Notes under the pieces: generated by a model
Seen by the model: only the letters and a program-made list of their open reading frames with translations
Told to the model about the DNA's origin: nothing
Databases searched by the model: none
Shown here: one piece after another, positions 1 to 12,200 of the stretch
How the letters are laid out: every line of letters starts with the position of its first letter
Numbering within the stretch: the first letter of the stretch is position 1
Made by a program: the position numbers and the translations under genes
Assembly (NCBI RefSeq): GCF_032062105.1
Contig: NW_026927214.1
Location: forward strand, 1 to 64,000
DNA from: Saccostrea cucullata
Lineage: Eukaryota
Length of the DNA: 64,000 bases
Direction: 5' to 3'

Positions 1-2050
1 TTGAATATTTACAGATTAATGAAAAAAAGACAAAATGGGTGAATGTTAATTTTTTTTAAAATTAGATGTTCTGAGTTATTTCCACTATGGCAGAAAATCA
101 TCATTGCACTGTGAGATTCTGACACGCCCTTATAAATTCACACAGAAATGAATAGATATTTGCTCTTTAATATCTTCACCTGAAGAAAAAGTACAAATTT
201 TAATACTGTATATAAAAATTGAAAAAAAAAAGAATTGGTATGTCTGGTCCAGTTAAAAAAGCAAGAAAGACAATCTGGTTAAAATCAGCTGTTGTAAGCA
301 GTAGCATATCAGAACAGCTGATTTTAATCAGATTGCAAGAAAGAGAACTCTGTTGTTCTTAAGACGGAGGATAGTCTAATATCATTGACTGAAAATGTCA
401 ACTGTATTCGTTAATTCCTGTGTCAGTTTGTCTTAATTATAAAATGTTTAAAAAGTTTTGCTGATTATTATTAAATAATTAATTTGTTTGTGAGAAGAGG
501 GGAGGGAATTGGTAATACAGGTACAATGATTATGTACGGTATGTACCATGATTATATTAGTACATCATAATTTAAAAAAGTTTTCTAGATATTTATGACA
601 AAGTCAAGCAGAATAAATATTGCATCTAAAGGTTCCTATATTTCTACAGAACATTGAACATACCAATATATGATTACTGGTATAATGATTTTCTCATATT
701 TAACAGATACTTCTCAGTGATTTCTAAGAGTACATTACAAAGTGCAAGTCAAACTTAATACTTTTTAAAAGAAAATGCTCAATTAGATTGATTGTTAATT
801 TACATTGATTTGTATTTTATTGAAGATCATTGGATACAAAAGCTGCTTATTTAATTCCTACAAATAAAAATTCATGTACTTGGTTGATCATGTTGGTTGT
901 TTACTTATATGTTAATTCAAATGTAAACAGGTTTTTAGCTTCAAGTTGCCTGTGTATTATTGTTCAAGACAGTTGTACATTATCCTAGTTTTTAATAAAG
1001 CTTGTCACATAAAATAGAGAGCACCCATTTATAACTCAGTCAGGGGTCTAGATTTACATTGTTCAGTAACATTCTATGGGAACTGTGAATTTATCGGCCA
1101 TTTCTTAACCTCTAACATTAGTTACACTAAAGACTCATTTGCACTTTTGCCCAAGTATATACAGCTCAAATCACCTTTAAACACACCTCTCTGCATAAAG
1201 AAACTTCTCTCAAACAAAGTTGCAATGGTTTGCCAAAATTGATATCAACTTGATGGTAAATATAACAAGAGCTGTGAATAATGTGTCCATTTTGTTAAGT
1301 GAAGTTAAATTTTAAGTTTAATCTTGAGGCATAGTAAAAACTATTCAGTCCTCCCCTGCTTTATAGAACTCTTGTTGTAAAACTCAAGTGTTAAAAACCC
1401 ATTAAAACACAGGTAATGTGTATAATGTGTATTTGACTGTTCAGGTGACAAAGTGAGTCATCTTTTAATTATTTCCCATCAGAAGTAGCATTGACAAAAG
1501 TTCATCTGAATGAACCTGAAGAAATGTCTCCCTTGATGTGGGTTTGAGTTCCACTGGGTGCTTTGACTAGATATCAATGTAGGTATTTGTGAGAACTTAT
1601 TTTACGGGATGGTTGACACTAGAACCGTCTCTGTAAACAATTAAATGTTAGTTTTATACAGTTCTCACACACTTTGCCTTGCCTATGGACTTTACTCTTG
1701 TAACTTGGATTACTTGATGATTTACTTGAAATTCTATCAGCTTGATCCTTTGGGCCATTTCTTGTCTCAAATAGAAATACTTACCTGATTTGATTACACA
1801 CATTATACCGTTTCTCAGTTTTCTAGTGGCAAATTTAGACAAAACCAAATCTCAAACCCCTTTTCTTTATCAAAAATATATTTCCTAGTAAAATAAATAA
1901 ATAATTGTCTTTAAATATACTAAAAATACTGCTTAAATTACAACTAAAAGCCACAAACTTAGAGGGGTTTCAACCTCAGCCTCCACCAGGATATTACTCC
2001 ACTGGGTCACGGTTTTAAGTTTTAAGTCCATCTGTTTCCAGTCTTCAAAC

Positions 2051-3050
2051 CCCAGTATGTAGGGTCCCAATCTTAAGGAGGTCCTCAGACTTAAGTCTTA
2101 AGGTGATCATCAGATCAGTCTCAGTCTAAACAAAACCCAGTCTGTTGGGTCACAATCTTAAGGTGGTCCTCAGACCTAAGTCTTAAGGTGATCATCAGAT
2201 TAGTCTCAGTCTAAACAAAACCCAGTCTGTTGGGTCACAATCTTAAGGTGGTCCTCAGACCTAAGTCTTAAGGTGATCATCAGATCAGTCTCAGTCTAAA
2301 CAAAACCCAGTCTGTTGGGTCACAATCTTAAGGAGGTCCTCAGACTTAAGTCTTTAGGTGATCATCAGATCAGTCTCAGTCTAAACAAAATCCAGTCTGT
2401 TGGGTCCCAATCTTAAGGTGGTCCTCAGACCTAAGTCTTAAGGTGATCATCAGATCAGTCTCAGTTTAAACAAAACCCAGTCTGTTGGGTCCCAATCTTA
2501 AGGTGGTCCTCAGACCTAAGTCTTAAGGTAATCATCAGATCAGTCTAAGTCTTAACCCCAGAAAAGGTGATTATCTGACCTCAGTCTGTTGGGTTTAGAA
2601 GTGTTCCTCAGACCCCAGTCTGTTGGGTCCCAATCTTAAGGTAGTCATCAGACTGAAGTCTTAAGGTGATCAGATCAGTCTCAGTCTTAACCCCAGTTAA
2701 GGTGATCATCAGACCTCAGTCTGTTGGGTTTAGAAGTGTTCCTCAGACCCCAGTCTTTTGGGTCCCAATCTTAAGGTAGTCATCAGACTGAAGTCTTAAG
2801 GTGATCAGATCAGTCTCAGTCTTAACCCCAGTTAAGGTGATTATCAGACCTCAGTCTGTTGGGTTTAGAAGTGTTCCTCAGACCCCAGTCTGTTGGGTCC
2901 CAATCTTAAGGTAGACTTGATGTCCCCGTCTGTTGGGTCCCAGTTTTAAGGTAGTCTTGAGATCTCTGTCTGTTGTCTTCTGATGTTCACGTGGTTTTCA
3001 GACTCGGTCTGTTGGGTCCCAGTCATAAGGTGGTCCTGAGACCTCAAACT
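2051..3050. repeat. Tandem minisatellite: six ~85-bp units followed by ~135-bp derived units, then degenerate copies
   Basis: CCCAGTCTGTTGGGTC-like start recurs at 2051, 2136, 2221, 2306, 2391, 2476 (period 85) and at 2614, 2749, 2884 (period 135). Confidence 0.95.
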
Positions 3051-4031
3051 GTTAGGTTTCAAATCTCAGCTTTTTTGACCATCTTTTAAAAATTCCTCTC
3101 TCCTTTTTGGTTGAAAAAGACGAGAGAAAATGTTATGTAGATAATTTATTTCTTAATTAATATACTAAGTTTTAATGAAAACTCTCATCTGGGCTGAAGA
3201 GAGTCTCTGCATGCTCTGTACTATGTTACCTCTCTATAATTATTATACAACAGGAAGGAGACTTCAAGGTTCGTGCAAATTCACCGAGTGCTTCTGGTTT
3301 AAAAAGTGCACTTTCATTTCTCTCCATATTTAAAAAAAAAAGCTCTTCAGGTTGAATTCATGGTTATAATCAGGATTTAAGCTTTGAAAAAAATTCAAAT
3401 TGTGTGTTTTTGAAAGGATTTTCTAATTCCTTACTTAGACTGATAAAGTTGTTCCAACGTGTCTGTCATAAATCACTAATTATGCATATGTGATAAAATG
3501 AATATACCTTTGAAGTTAAAGTGTCATCTTGCTAAGATATAATCAGAAATGAGGCTATTTCATCCAACATTTATAGTACCTTATGAATATCCATGCCGCT
3601 GTTTTAAACCTAGGGGATAAAACACAGTGAATATCAATTCCTACATTTATTTGAGGAAGAAAAAAATAAAGACATCAGTTGTCAGAAAATTGTCAATAAT
3701 TTTGATTTTTGGGATGATGTATGAGTGCTTAAGATGTCTGGACTTCCAAATGAGCAATGAAAGTACGAGGTGTATTTCATTTTAGTTCGTAAAATTGTCG
3801 CCTAAACAAATTCCAGGCTATTAACATAAACTCTTTTTGTGTTGCTGCAGAACACACCAGTCTAAACAGAAGTGTTGGCTGTAGTACAAATCAATGCACT
3901 GAAAGTTTACCTAAGTTTTCTTTATGGAACAATGCGTATGTGCACCTTGCATTCAAACCTCTAATACTCTCTACAAGTGTTGCTGAGAATTTGTTGATGT
4001 TTTCAGTTGCATGCATTATTGATTTAAACTC

Positions 4032-4034
<3 letters not shown>

Positions 4035-4070
<36 letters not shown>
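4035..4070. repeat. (GA)n microsatellite
   Basis: Perfect GA run. Confidence 0.98.
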
Positions 4071-4072
<2 letters not shown>

Positions 4073-5199
4073 CAGTTACAATAATTTTATATGTTATTAA
4101 TTTTTATACTTTTATGTTAATTAAACAAGCACACAGTTACATTTACTACAGTGAGTCACGCTCAAGTTTGAGTGTTAGACTTGTCAGCGCTCCAAAAGAA
4201 TATCAATCTGAACAATGTATCTTTTGAGCAAAAACTCGAGAGAAAAAATGGGTCTAAAAATTTGACCAACAAAGCTTAAATTTAAATTCCTTACGTTATG
4301 TTTGTTTTGGTCATTTCAGTATGTGGACGTAGGGTGTATTATATTTGGTTAATTTGATTTCATATTTCGTTGGCTGTGTCTTTACTTATTCTGTCTACCA
4401 CGCTGTGTCTCTTACAGTAATTCACCGGGAAATGTGGACTTCCTTCACTGAAGAGGAAAACAGTGGTAGGAAATTCATGGGAGATTATTTCTATAATTAG
4501 ATGAGAAAAAAGCTCTATCACAAATCTCGTAGTCTCAGGTTTCTGTGTTTTAGTAGGAACAGAAATGATTAAATGTAATTAATAATCAAAATGAAGCAAT
4601 GAATAAACACCTTAAAACAAAACTCCCAGAAATAGAGTCAGAGTGTTATTAACACGGCCATGGGATTGATTTTAATGACCATTTTTTTGACTTGGACCAT
4701 GAAGACTTGAACAGACCAGCTGAAACACTAGCCTAACTTAATGAAGCACAAACTGTGGGTTTCCCTTGTTATTTCTATCGTATTGAAAAACCCCGGTGCT
4801 GGGGGTCGTTTCTTTTTTCCTCTTTACATCAGTTTTGTAAGCAATGAAAAGAAAACAATTGGAACCCGAGCTGTCTTATGTGACATGCGAGAGAAACATC
4901 GCGTTATGGTACAAGCTATTGTGAACTTTGTCGCCATTGTTAACCTGACGGGGAGATTGATTAATGAAAGCTTATTATGTTATTAATATTTAGAATTGTT
5001 CATTTCGAACACGCACATTTTTGGCCTGAAATAACAAATGCTCAAGGTCAATATGCCCGACAAATTTTTAAAAAAGGTTAAGAAAATGAGAAAAACATAA
5101 TTTAGAGACAAATTACGAAGAATGTTAAAAATGAACAAGTGAAAATAAAGAACAGCGACCGATCTTAATAAATATCGCAAAGTCTATGGAGTTATCCTT

Positions 5200-5475
5200 G
5201 AAATTCTATTGCAATGATCTCTAGGTTTTTCTTACGTTAAAATCTTCCCGTGCAATAACCTTTTGGGATAGCCCATGCTAAGATCTTCCCATGCAATACT
5301 CTTTTAAATTCCTTGGAGTTTTCCTTAGTGAAGAACTTCCCATGCAATAACTTTTTGGGATAGTCAATGGTCCATACTCTTAATTCTTCAGAGTTTTTCC
5401 TGTGTGAAGAACTTCCAATGCTATAATCTTTTGGATTATCTGACTTTAAGAATTTCCTGTGCAATGATCTTTGGG
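5200..5475. repeat. Degenerate short tandem repeat
   Basis: Variants of AAGAACTTCCCATGCAATAACTTTTTGGGA recur 5-6 times. Confidence 0.6.
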
Positions 5476-6292
5476 AGTTGTTTACAAAAATGTATTAATT
5501 AAAATTTCTGTAATTTGTGTTACCTTAACATATACGTACAATGCCGACCTTTGTTATAACACGAAATTAATTGCATGTTTTCCCGTAAACAGGACACGAG
5601 TTCAAATTTTTCATAAATCTTCCTACCCAAAAGAAACGTAAAGCGTTTTTTTTTTTTTTTAAAAAGATTTATTACATTTTTCTGTAACACATGTATATTA
5701 AACTAAACAGAGATACAAAGGAAGCTGCGTCTGTCAATTATCGCCTTTACAAATATATTATGAAAATTAAATTACGTATCAATGATCCATTCCAGTAAAA
5801 TATTCAACTGGATAATGAAGGTGAATCCCTGTACACAACTACACAGTACTCACGTAGAAGTATTTTTTTGACAGGAGAGACATAAAATGTTTTTATAAGC
5901 ATGTAAGAAGCATCTGTCGATCAATATCAATAAATACAAAATAAAAACACGCCATTATATGTTAAGAATCCTTTGAAAAATTGTATGATTTCCCTAAGAC
6001 TGTAGACTTAAGCCTAAACTTGGGAAGAGTGACTTTCCTCGTTTAAAGGGCGGATGATATAGCCTATGGTTAGGCTAATGGTTAACCTAGTTCCGGTGGG
6101 CCACTTTGCCACCTTAACAATATGGTGTGCGCGAAAATATGCCCAACAGTACTAGTATCACGCTGTGCTTTGATTCCATCTTATTTACAATAATATCAAC
6201 GTTTTTTAATTTTTGTAGCAAGAATTTCGCTACACTTCAAAATAGGCTTTCTGTTTCATAGTTATTGTAACCATTCAAGTTTTATGTCTGGT

Positions 6293-9200
6293 TCATCTCT
6301 CAAGAAACACTGCATACCACAGAGAACCTTTGTCTTCATATGCGACAACAATACGAGGCAGTTTGCCGTACATCTCCTCTCGCTTTATAAGTTTTGTCAT
6401 GTCTTTTACAGATAGTTTGGAATTGAATAGCATCGAATTCACTTTATCATTAACAAATACTGCTGAAAATTGGGGTTTTCCGAAGTAGTCTGCTTCGTCT
6501 AAGTAAACTAGTTTCCTCTTGTACCTGGCGTTCCTGTTGACCAGTTTATAGAGTCGTGACTGCGGGATGTCTTCATAAGATCGATAATCTTTTTGGGATT
6601 TCCTGTCCTCGTCCTCTTGGAGAATAAAGCTTACAAGGCCATCCACGCCATTGTACATCAGCGACTGCGATGTTGGAATGTAGCCTTGCTCGGAGTAAAG
6701 CTCGATCAGTTTTTTGTACGACTGTGTGTAATGCTGAACACCGTATCGTATGACTGTCGAATTTTTGTAGGAATTTTTCCGAAAGATTGCCAAGAAAACG
6801 GAACCACGGTGGGAATGCGACATATAGTTTTGCATGTACGTTAAGTTGAAACCTGATTTCTCCAGGTGTAATTTATGTTGGGTTAAGCTTGATTCCGTCA
6901 GTCCTGGTGTAATGACAACTTTATCGAAGAGTGGCTTGTCTGATTTCTGAGCAATAACGACAAAGTATGTATTCTTCAGGTACGAAAAACCATTTATCCA
7001 CTTGATGTCGTAACGAAGGAGGGACAGAGCGCGAGTATAACCTTGGAGATGGTGTTCTTCCAGTTTATATTTTATTACTTGTTCTATTTTCCCGGATTTT
7101 GTTTTTACGTCAGCCAAGTCATCAAGAAACTTATTTTCGGCAGACCATGTGTTCTCTGCTTTCACAAGGCCATGAATTCCACTTTTTAAAGGTGTGAACA
7201 TCTGACCCGTGAAGAAAGCAGCATATGCTGTAGGGGTCGTTGTATCAGAATTCTGCTGCTGTGCATCCTTGACTAGAGGACCATGATGGAAGAACAACAA
7301 ATCATCCGTGAAGAATTCCCCCTCCATCCAGATAGCGCCGCGACTGTTAACACTGAATCCAGCCCCGATCCAGGTACTGCTGTGTTGAACTGGGGCTGCA
7401 GAAGGTTTTGCCATTAAGGACTTGAGAGATTTATCAGACAAAAGCTTGAAGTCTCCTGACCCATCCAAACAAGAAGAAAATCTCATGATGTCATACATGT
7501 TCGATTCCCATCCCAATGCGGGTCCAACGAACTCGGGGCTCACTTTTGTGACGTCACTCATTAGCGGTTCGTTTGTGTCACGTGTCTTTGTGAAGACATG
7601 TGGTCGTCCAATTTTCGTGTACATCATTCCACACGGAATCATTACGTGCTTTTTGACGTATTCGTCATAATCAAAATCCGTTATCATTTCGATGATTTGT
7701 CCTAGAATAGCGTACCCAAGGTTTGACACAGCTGAGCGTGTACCTGGGGTAAAATCAAGGGGTTTGGACATCATAAACCGAATGACATCGATGGGGGTTT
7801 TGAGCTCTGGAACGTTCATTTCTGCAGAGATGTTTTCTACGTTGTAGCCGTTTGCTATAAGAGCGGAATTCAGAAGCGGTTCCATCAGTTTGGACTTGGT
7901 GTAATCCCATCCCCCGGTGTGTCGGAGTAAGTGGTCCACGGTAATGTCGTAGATCCGCCGATCCACCGTCGCCTTGTTCCAGGGTTTGATCACGTGAAGC
8001 AGCCCGTCTTTTCCGAACACTTTAGCGTTAATGTCAAGTTGTCCGTCTTCCACCAGCTTCAGGATCGTCACTGCCGTGAACGCCTTGGAGAAGGAACCGA
8101 CCGGAATCAGGTTGTGGACGTAGATATCCTGATGCTCGTGGTTTTTACCGTAACCTTTAGCAAACGCTAATCTGTCCTGAATCATTACCCCCACCTGTCC
8201 CCCTTTGTAGCCATTGTCTGACATGTACTTCACAAACGATCTGTCAAAATCCGCACTGGGGAGAGTCCCGGCTGAAAAAAGGAAAAGAACAATGTAGTCT
8301 CGAAAATGCCTCTGTAATTTTACATTACATAGAGGGACAATTTCTAAAACGAAGTAAATTATTGACAAACAAGTTGATGAAACAAGAATATCAGCAGTCT
8401 CGTTTAAAGTCATCAGTTCGTAAGTTCTATGGTCGATACAATGAGCTTGTCAGCAAATACAATTTATCATTGAATCAAATACTAACTGACGTTTTTCATA
8501 CTAAATGTTAGGCCATTATTGTTAGGCCATTATTTACACGCTGAATTGACGACGGATTTTTCTGTTATTTCCCGATCCCGAGCATACGGCGGTTGTGACC
8601 GGTCGGCAGGGTATGCTCTTTCCCCCATGGCACCTGCACACCTCTGACGTTTTCTGCTCCTATTTTGTATTGTTTAATGGACTTTTGATCTTGAATACTG
8701 TTCGTCATCTCTAAATATATGTCATTACTTTCAAATAGTAATTACAAACTTTGTACTAATATAACTGCTGTTTTAGGGATATTTGATGATATATTTTTGT
8801 TTTGTTTTGTTTTTTGGTTTGTGTGTTTGTTTTATTTATTTATGTAGCTATTTCTTGAATATATAGTGCTAAAACTTTTTGCACTGCTAGCAGCTCGGTC
8901 TACGATCTCATCGAAGTTTAAGCTTTATAAATTTTGCTTCTAAAATATCTCCAATTTACGGTCAAATAAAGTGACAAAGCGGCCACTTAATGATACGGCG
9001 TTATGTTTCTAATTCCCTGCCGACAGAAATGATACAGTTGCCGACCTCCCTGGCGATTGTACTTGATATGAAGCATTGACTTTCAGTTGTCCTATAGTGC
9101 AGACTGACTGTTTTAAACGTCTATCACTAACAAGACGAACCCGACACTTGATTCAAGAGGACGAACCCGACACTTAATGCAAGAGAAACATGTCAGATAT

Positions 9201-12200
9201 TTCACCGGGTCTAAATACACCTCCTCTACCCCTGGCTGGCGGCCATTGTTATTGGTGGTGTGGAATTTGACAGAAGAAATGCATTAAGTAAAGATCTGTA
9301 GTAACGCGAAACTCAGGAGACAAAACCTGGTGTATTTTTAAAACCATTTACATTTCTTATGCAACAATCTTATCTCAAACGTATATAGTTATATTTTTTG
9401 CCATTTCTCATTATAAACTCCCTGACTTGAAATAAGATCGTAGGGGGACATATTTTTGGACTTCGCCGCCGTGGTTTACTTTGTAAGGGTTAATTGTTTT
9501 CGCCGATAACATCGCATCTTCTTTTTGTTGTATAGGGGTAAAAGTACAGAAATTTCTTAAAGGATATTGAACCGTTAACTAGCACCAAATTGTTTTCCGC
9601 ACGTATGGTTAAAAAAATTATATTTATTGAAACATAGTTGTGGCCGGCGGGACTGCATGTTGTGTAACCTACCCCGAGGAGAACTTATTCTACGCCGTTT
9701 ATAAACCAATATTTTCATGACTTTTCAAAAACAGCGTGTATGTTATCCTAAAACTCGTGTATCGTGGGAGTTTCTGTATAAAAACACGAGGGAAATCTCT
9801 GCCTAAAGACGGAATTACTTCTAGTACCCGATGTTATATTAAGGGATTGTTGAAATGATACATCTCTGTGTTTGCTCTTAGCATAAGTCTACAAACCTCT
9901 ATAGAAAAAACACATCTTAAGGATTAAAATTGTTTAGCTACTCTGCTTTTGTTTTCTTGTACGTAGGTAAATGTTAGTTTTGCGGAACCTTTGATAAAAT
10001 TTCGTTTTTTCAGGTCTAACCTTGACGGAGAGTTATTTTGTTAACTTAAGCTGGTTTTTTAAGTCGGGTTATTTTTTCTGGGTGGTTTGTCTTTATTGGA
10101 AGAAAGTTACTAATGGATTTTAAAATTGCAAGTGGTGTGTTCATATTAAAACTTTAATTATATATATTTTGTCACAGTTTTGACAAATAATGATAAAACA
10201 TGGTCGTTTTTATGGCCTTTAAAATATTCCTATGAAAGAATTTCATTAGTTGTGTCTCTGTCCTGTGGATTTTGGCCTCTGATGGTTAATGATGCGACAA
10301 CAGAAATGTTTCCTCCCTTTAAGCAAGTTATACACCTGAGAGCCTGTACAGTTAGTAATTTACCGACTTATTTTGAAATTTGTTCATCACCCTTGTCGTA
10401 AATAGCTATTTAATGTCATATTTTTATAGATTGTGTGCTTTGGATTACTTTTCTACATTTAATAATGGCGAAACTCTACATCAGAATTATTTTGCTAAGT
10501 TAGGTTGCGGGTATCTTTGCTCCGCTTGAACTTCTATTTGTTCTTACCCAAGATTAAAGCTTTAGAACATTATGAACCACGAGGTTCACCATCGCACTGT
10601 TTGGTCGATGGTGCGAGGACGATGGCGCGAAGGAGATGAAGCGATAGTGAGTATCGCTCTCTCCTCACCGTACCATCCATATGTCGTGGTCATCTAGCCT
10701 CATCGATGTCATACCATCGAGTTATCGTGCTATCGTTTTACTGTGTCATTTGTTCGCCCTCATCGTTTTGTTGTGCCATCACATCTGTCATCACGCTATT
10801 ACTTTATTTCATCGCGTCATCATTATTTATATAATCGAATTATATCGATCCAAACCTCAATGATGCGATAGTGAACTACATGGTCCTATCCAGATTTCAT
10901 TTGGTAAAGAATAACATTTTACTCCTACAGTTTCAGCCCAAACAGTCCTAAGAGCTTAATAGAATTTAGAATACGGAAACTTGACACAGTAGCTAAATCT
11001 TTTTGGAAGGATCATGATCACAGAATGACATATAAGAACTCTCTCATCATTATCTCGGAAATTTACCCAAGTAAGCTCCTCTCTATATACAGGGTTGTCA
11101 GTAATCAAATATGCAGGGTTTTCAGAGAGTCACTCGTTTCACAGAAGTTTCAGGTTTGTCCTAACACAAGGTCATTTAAAAAGGTAAAAGTTATAAGAAT
11201 TTTCGTTCGGAAAATGATCAAATACTTAAAGCAATATGAGTTGCATTTTCGATTCGGCAGAGGGTGACATAACACTCCAGGGCTTTCCTGTCACCGAGGG
11301 GCAAATATTCTGGTATGTCACCCTCGAAGCCATGTGATATATGTATAATGACTCGCTTATACTGTACTCTCTAACTGTTAGGAATACGAAAAAAAATATT
11401 TTGCTGTTCAAATATGTTATTGTGATAAATTTGTATGTAACTTAAACCTTTATGATCAATTAGACTAAAATAAAGCAGACGAAAGACTTCTATATTCAAC
11501 CCAACATACAGTTTTACATAAGAGATCATAATAAAGGACGAGTACAGGACGACAATAATGTAAATTCTGATTCAATGGAAGCTTATAAATAGTTCTTTAA
11601 TCGCAAATATAAACAACAGAAGTTTATTAATGTTCTTTTTTTCTGTCATTGAAATAGTTATAAACAATTTTGCAACAACAAAAAAATTCCTAAATCAAAG
11701 TTGCAGCTCATATTGCTTTAAGATGTTTTGTTTGAAGAGAAAAAATAGCAACGTGACGGAGTTAGCTGTCTAAGACAATTAATTTGTTAAGCTGGGTATG
11801 CTGAAGTTTATAGGGAGAGTTATTTCTGAGACGCAGTGTCAGTATCAGATTTTGTCGTTCAAAAATATAGCATTTCAAACAGGAGTTTATCTCACGGGGA
11901 AATAAGTGCCTTAAATTTTAATTCCGAATTCAGAGGTTATAACAACTAACGTACTGCAAAGTGAAATCCTATTTTCGATAAGATAGCAGTCCTTTACTTA
12001 TTTTATGTATACAAGGACAGTTATCTCTAGCTCAGCCCTCCGATGGGGTACCCCTGGTTTTATGGTTTGGACAAATCGAACTTTTCTTGCGTGAGCGTTG
12101 CTTCAACCTAAGACATTGCCTTCGATATGCACAGAAAACTGAAACGTCAATCTTTGATAAAGGTTTAATATCGCATTTAAAATTAAAGTTTTATTGGCGT

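Noticed and set aside
2051-3050. CRISPR-like appearance of the repeat array
   Set aside because: No unique spacers, no cas genes, eukaryotic context.
6593-8170. Plus-strand ORFs opposite the beta-lactamase-like exon (likewise those opposite FUT, ZFTRAF1, TMEM276)
   Set aside because: Antisense shadows of real coding exons.
8272-8413. N-terminal 47 aa of the 706-aa ORF
   Set aside because: Upstream of a strong acceptor and overlapping a Penelope-like fragment; the true start is probably the signal exon at 14245.
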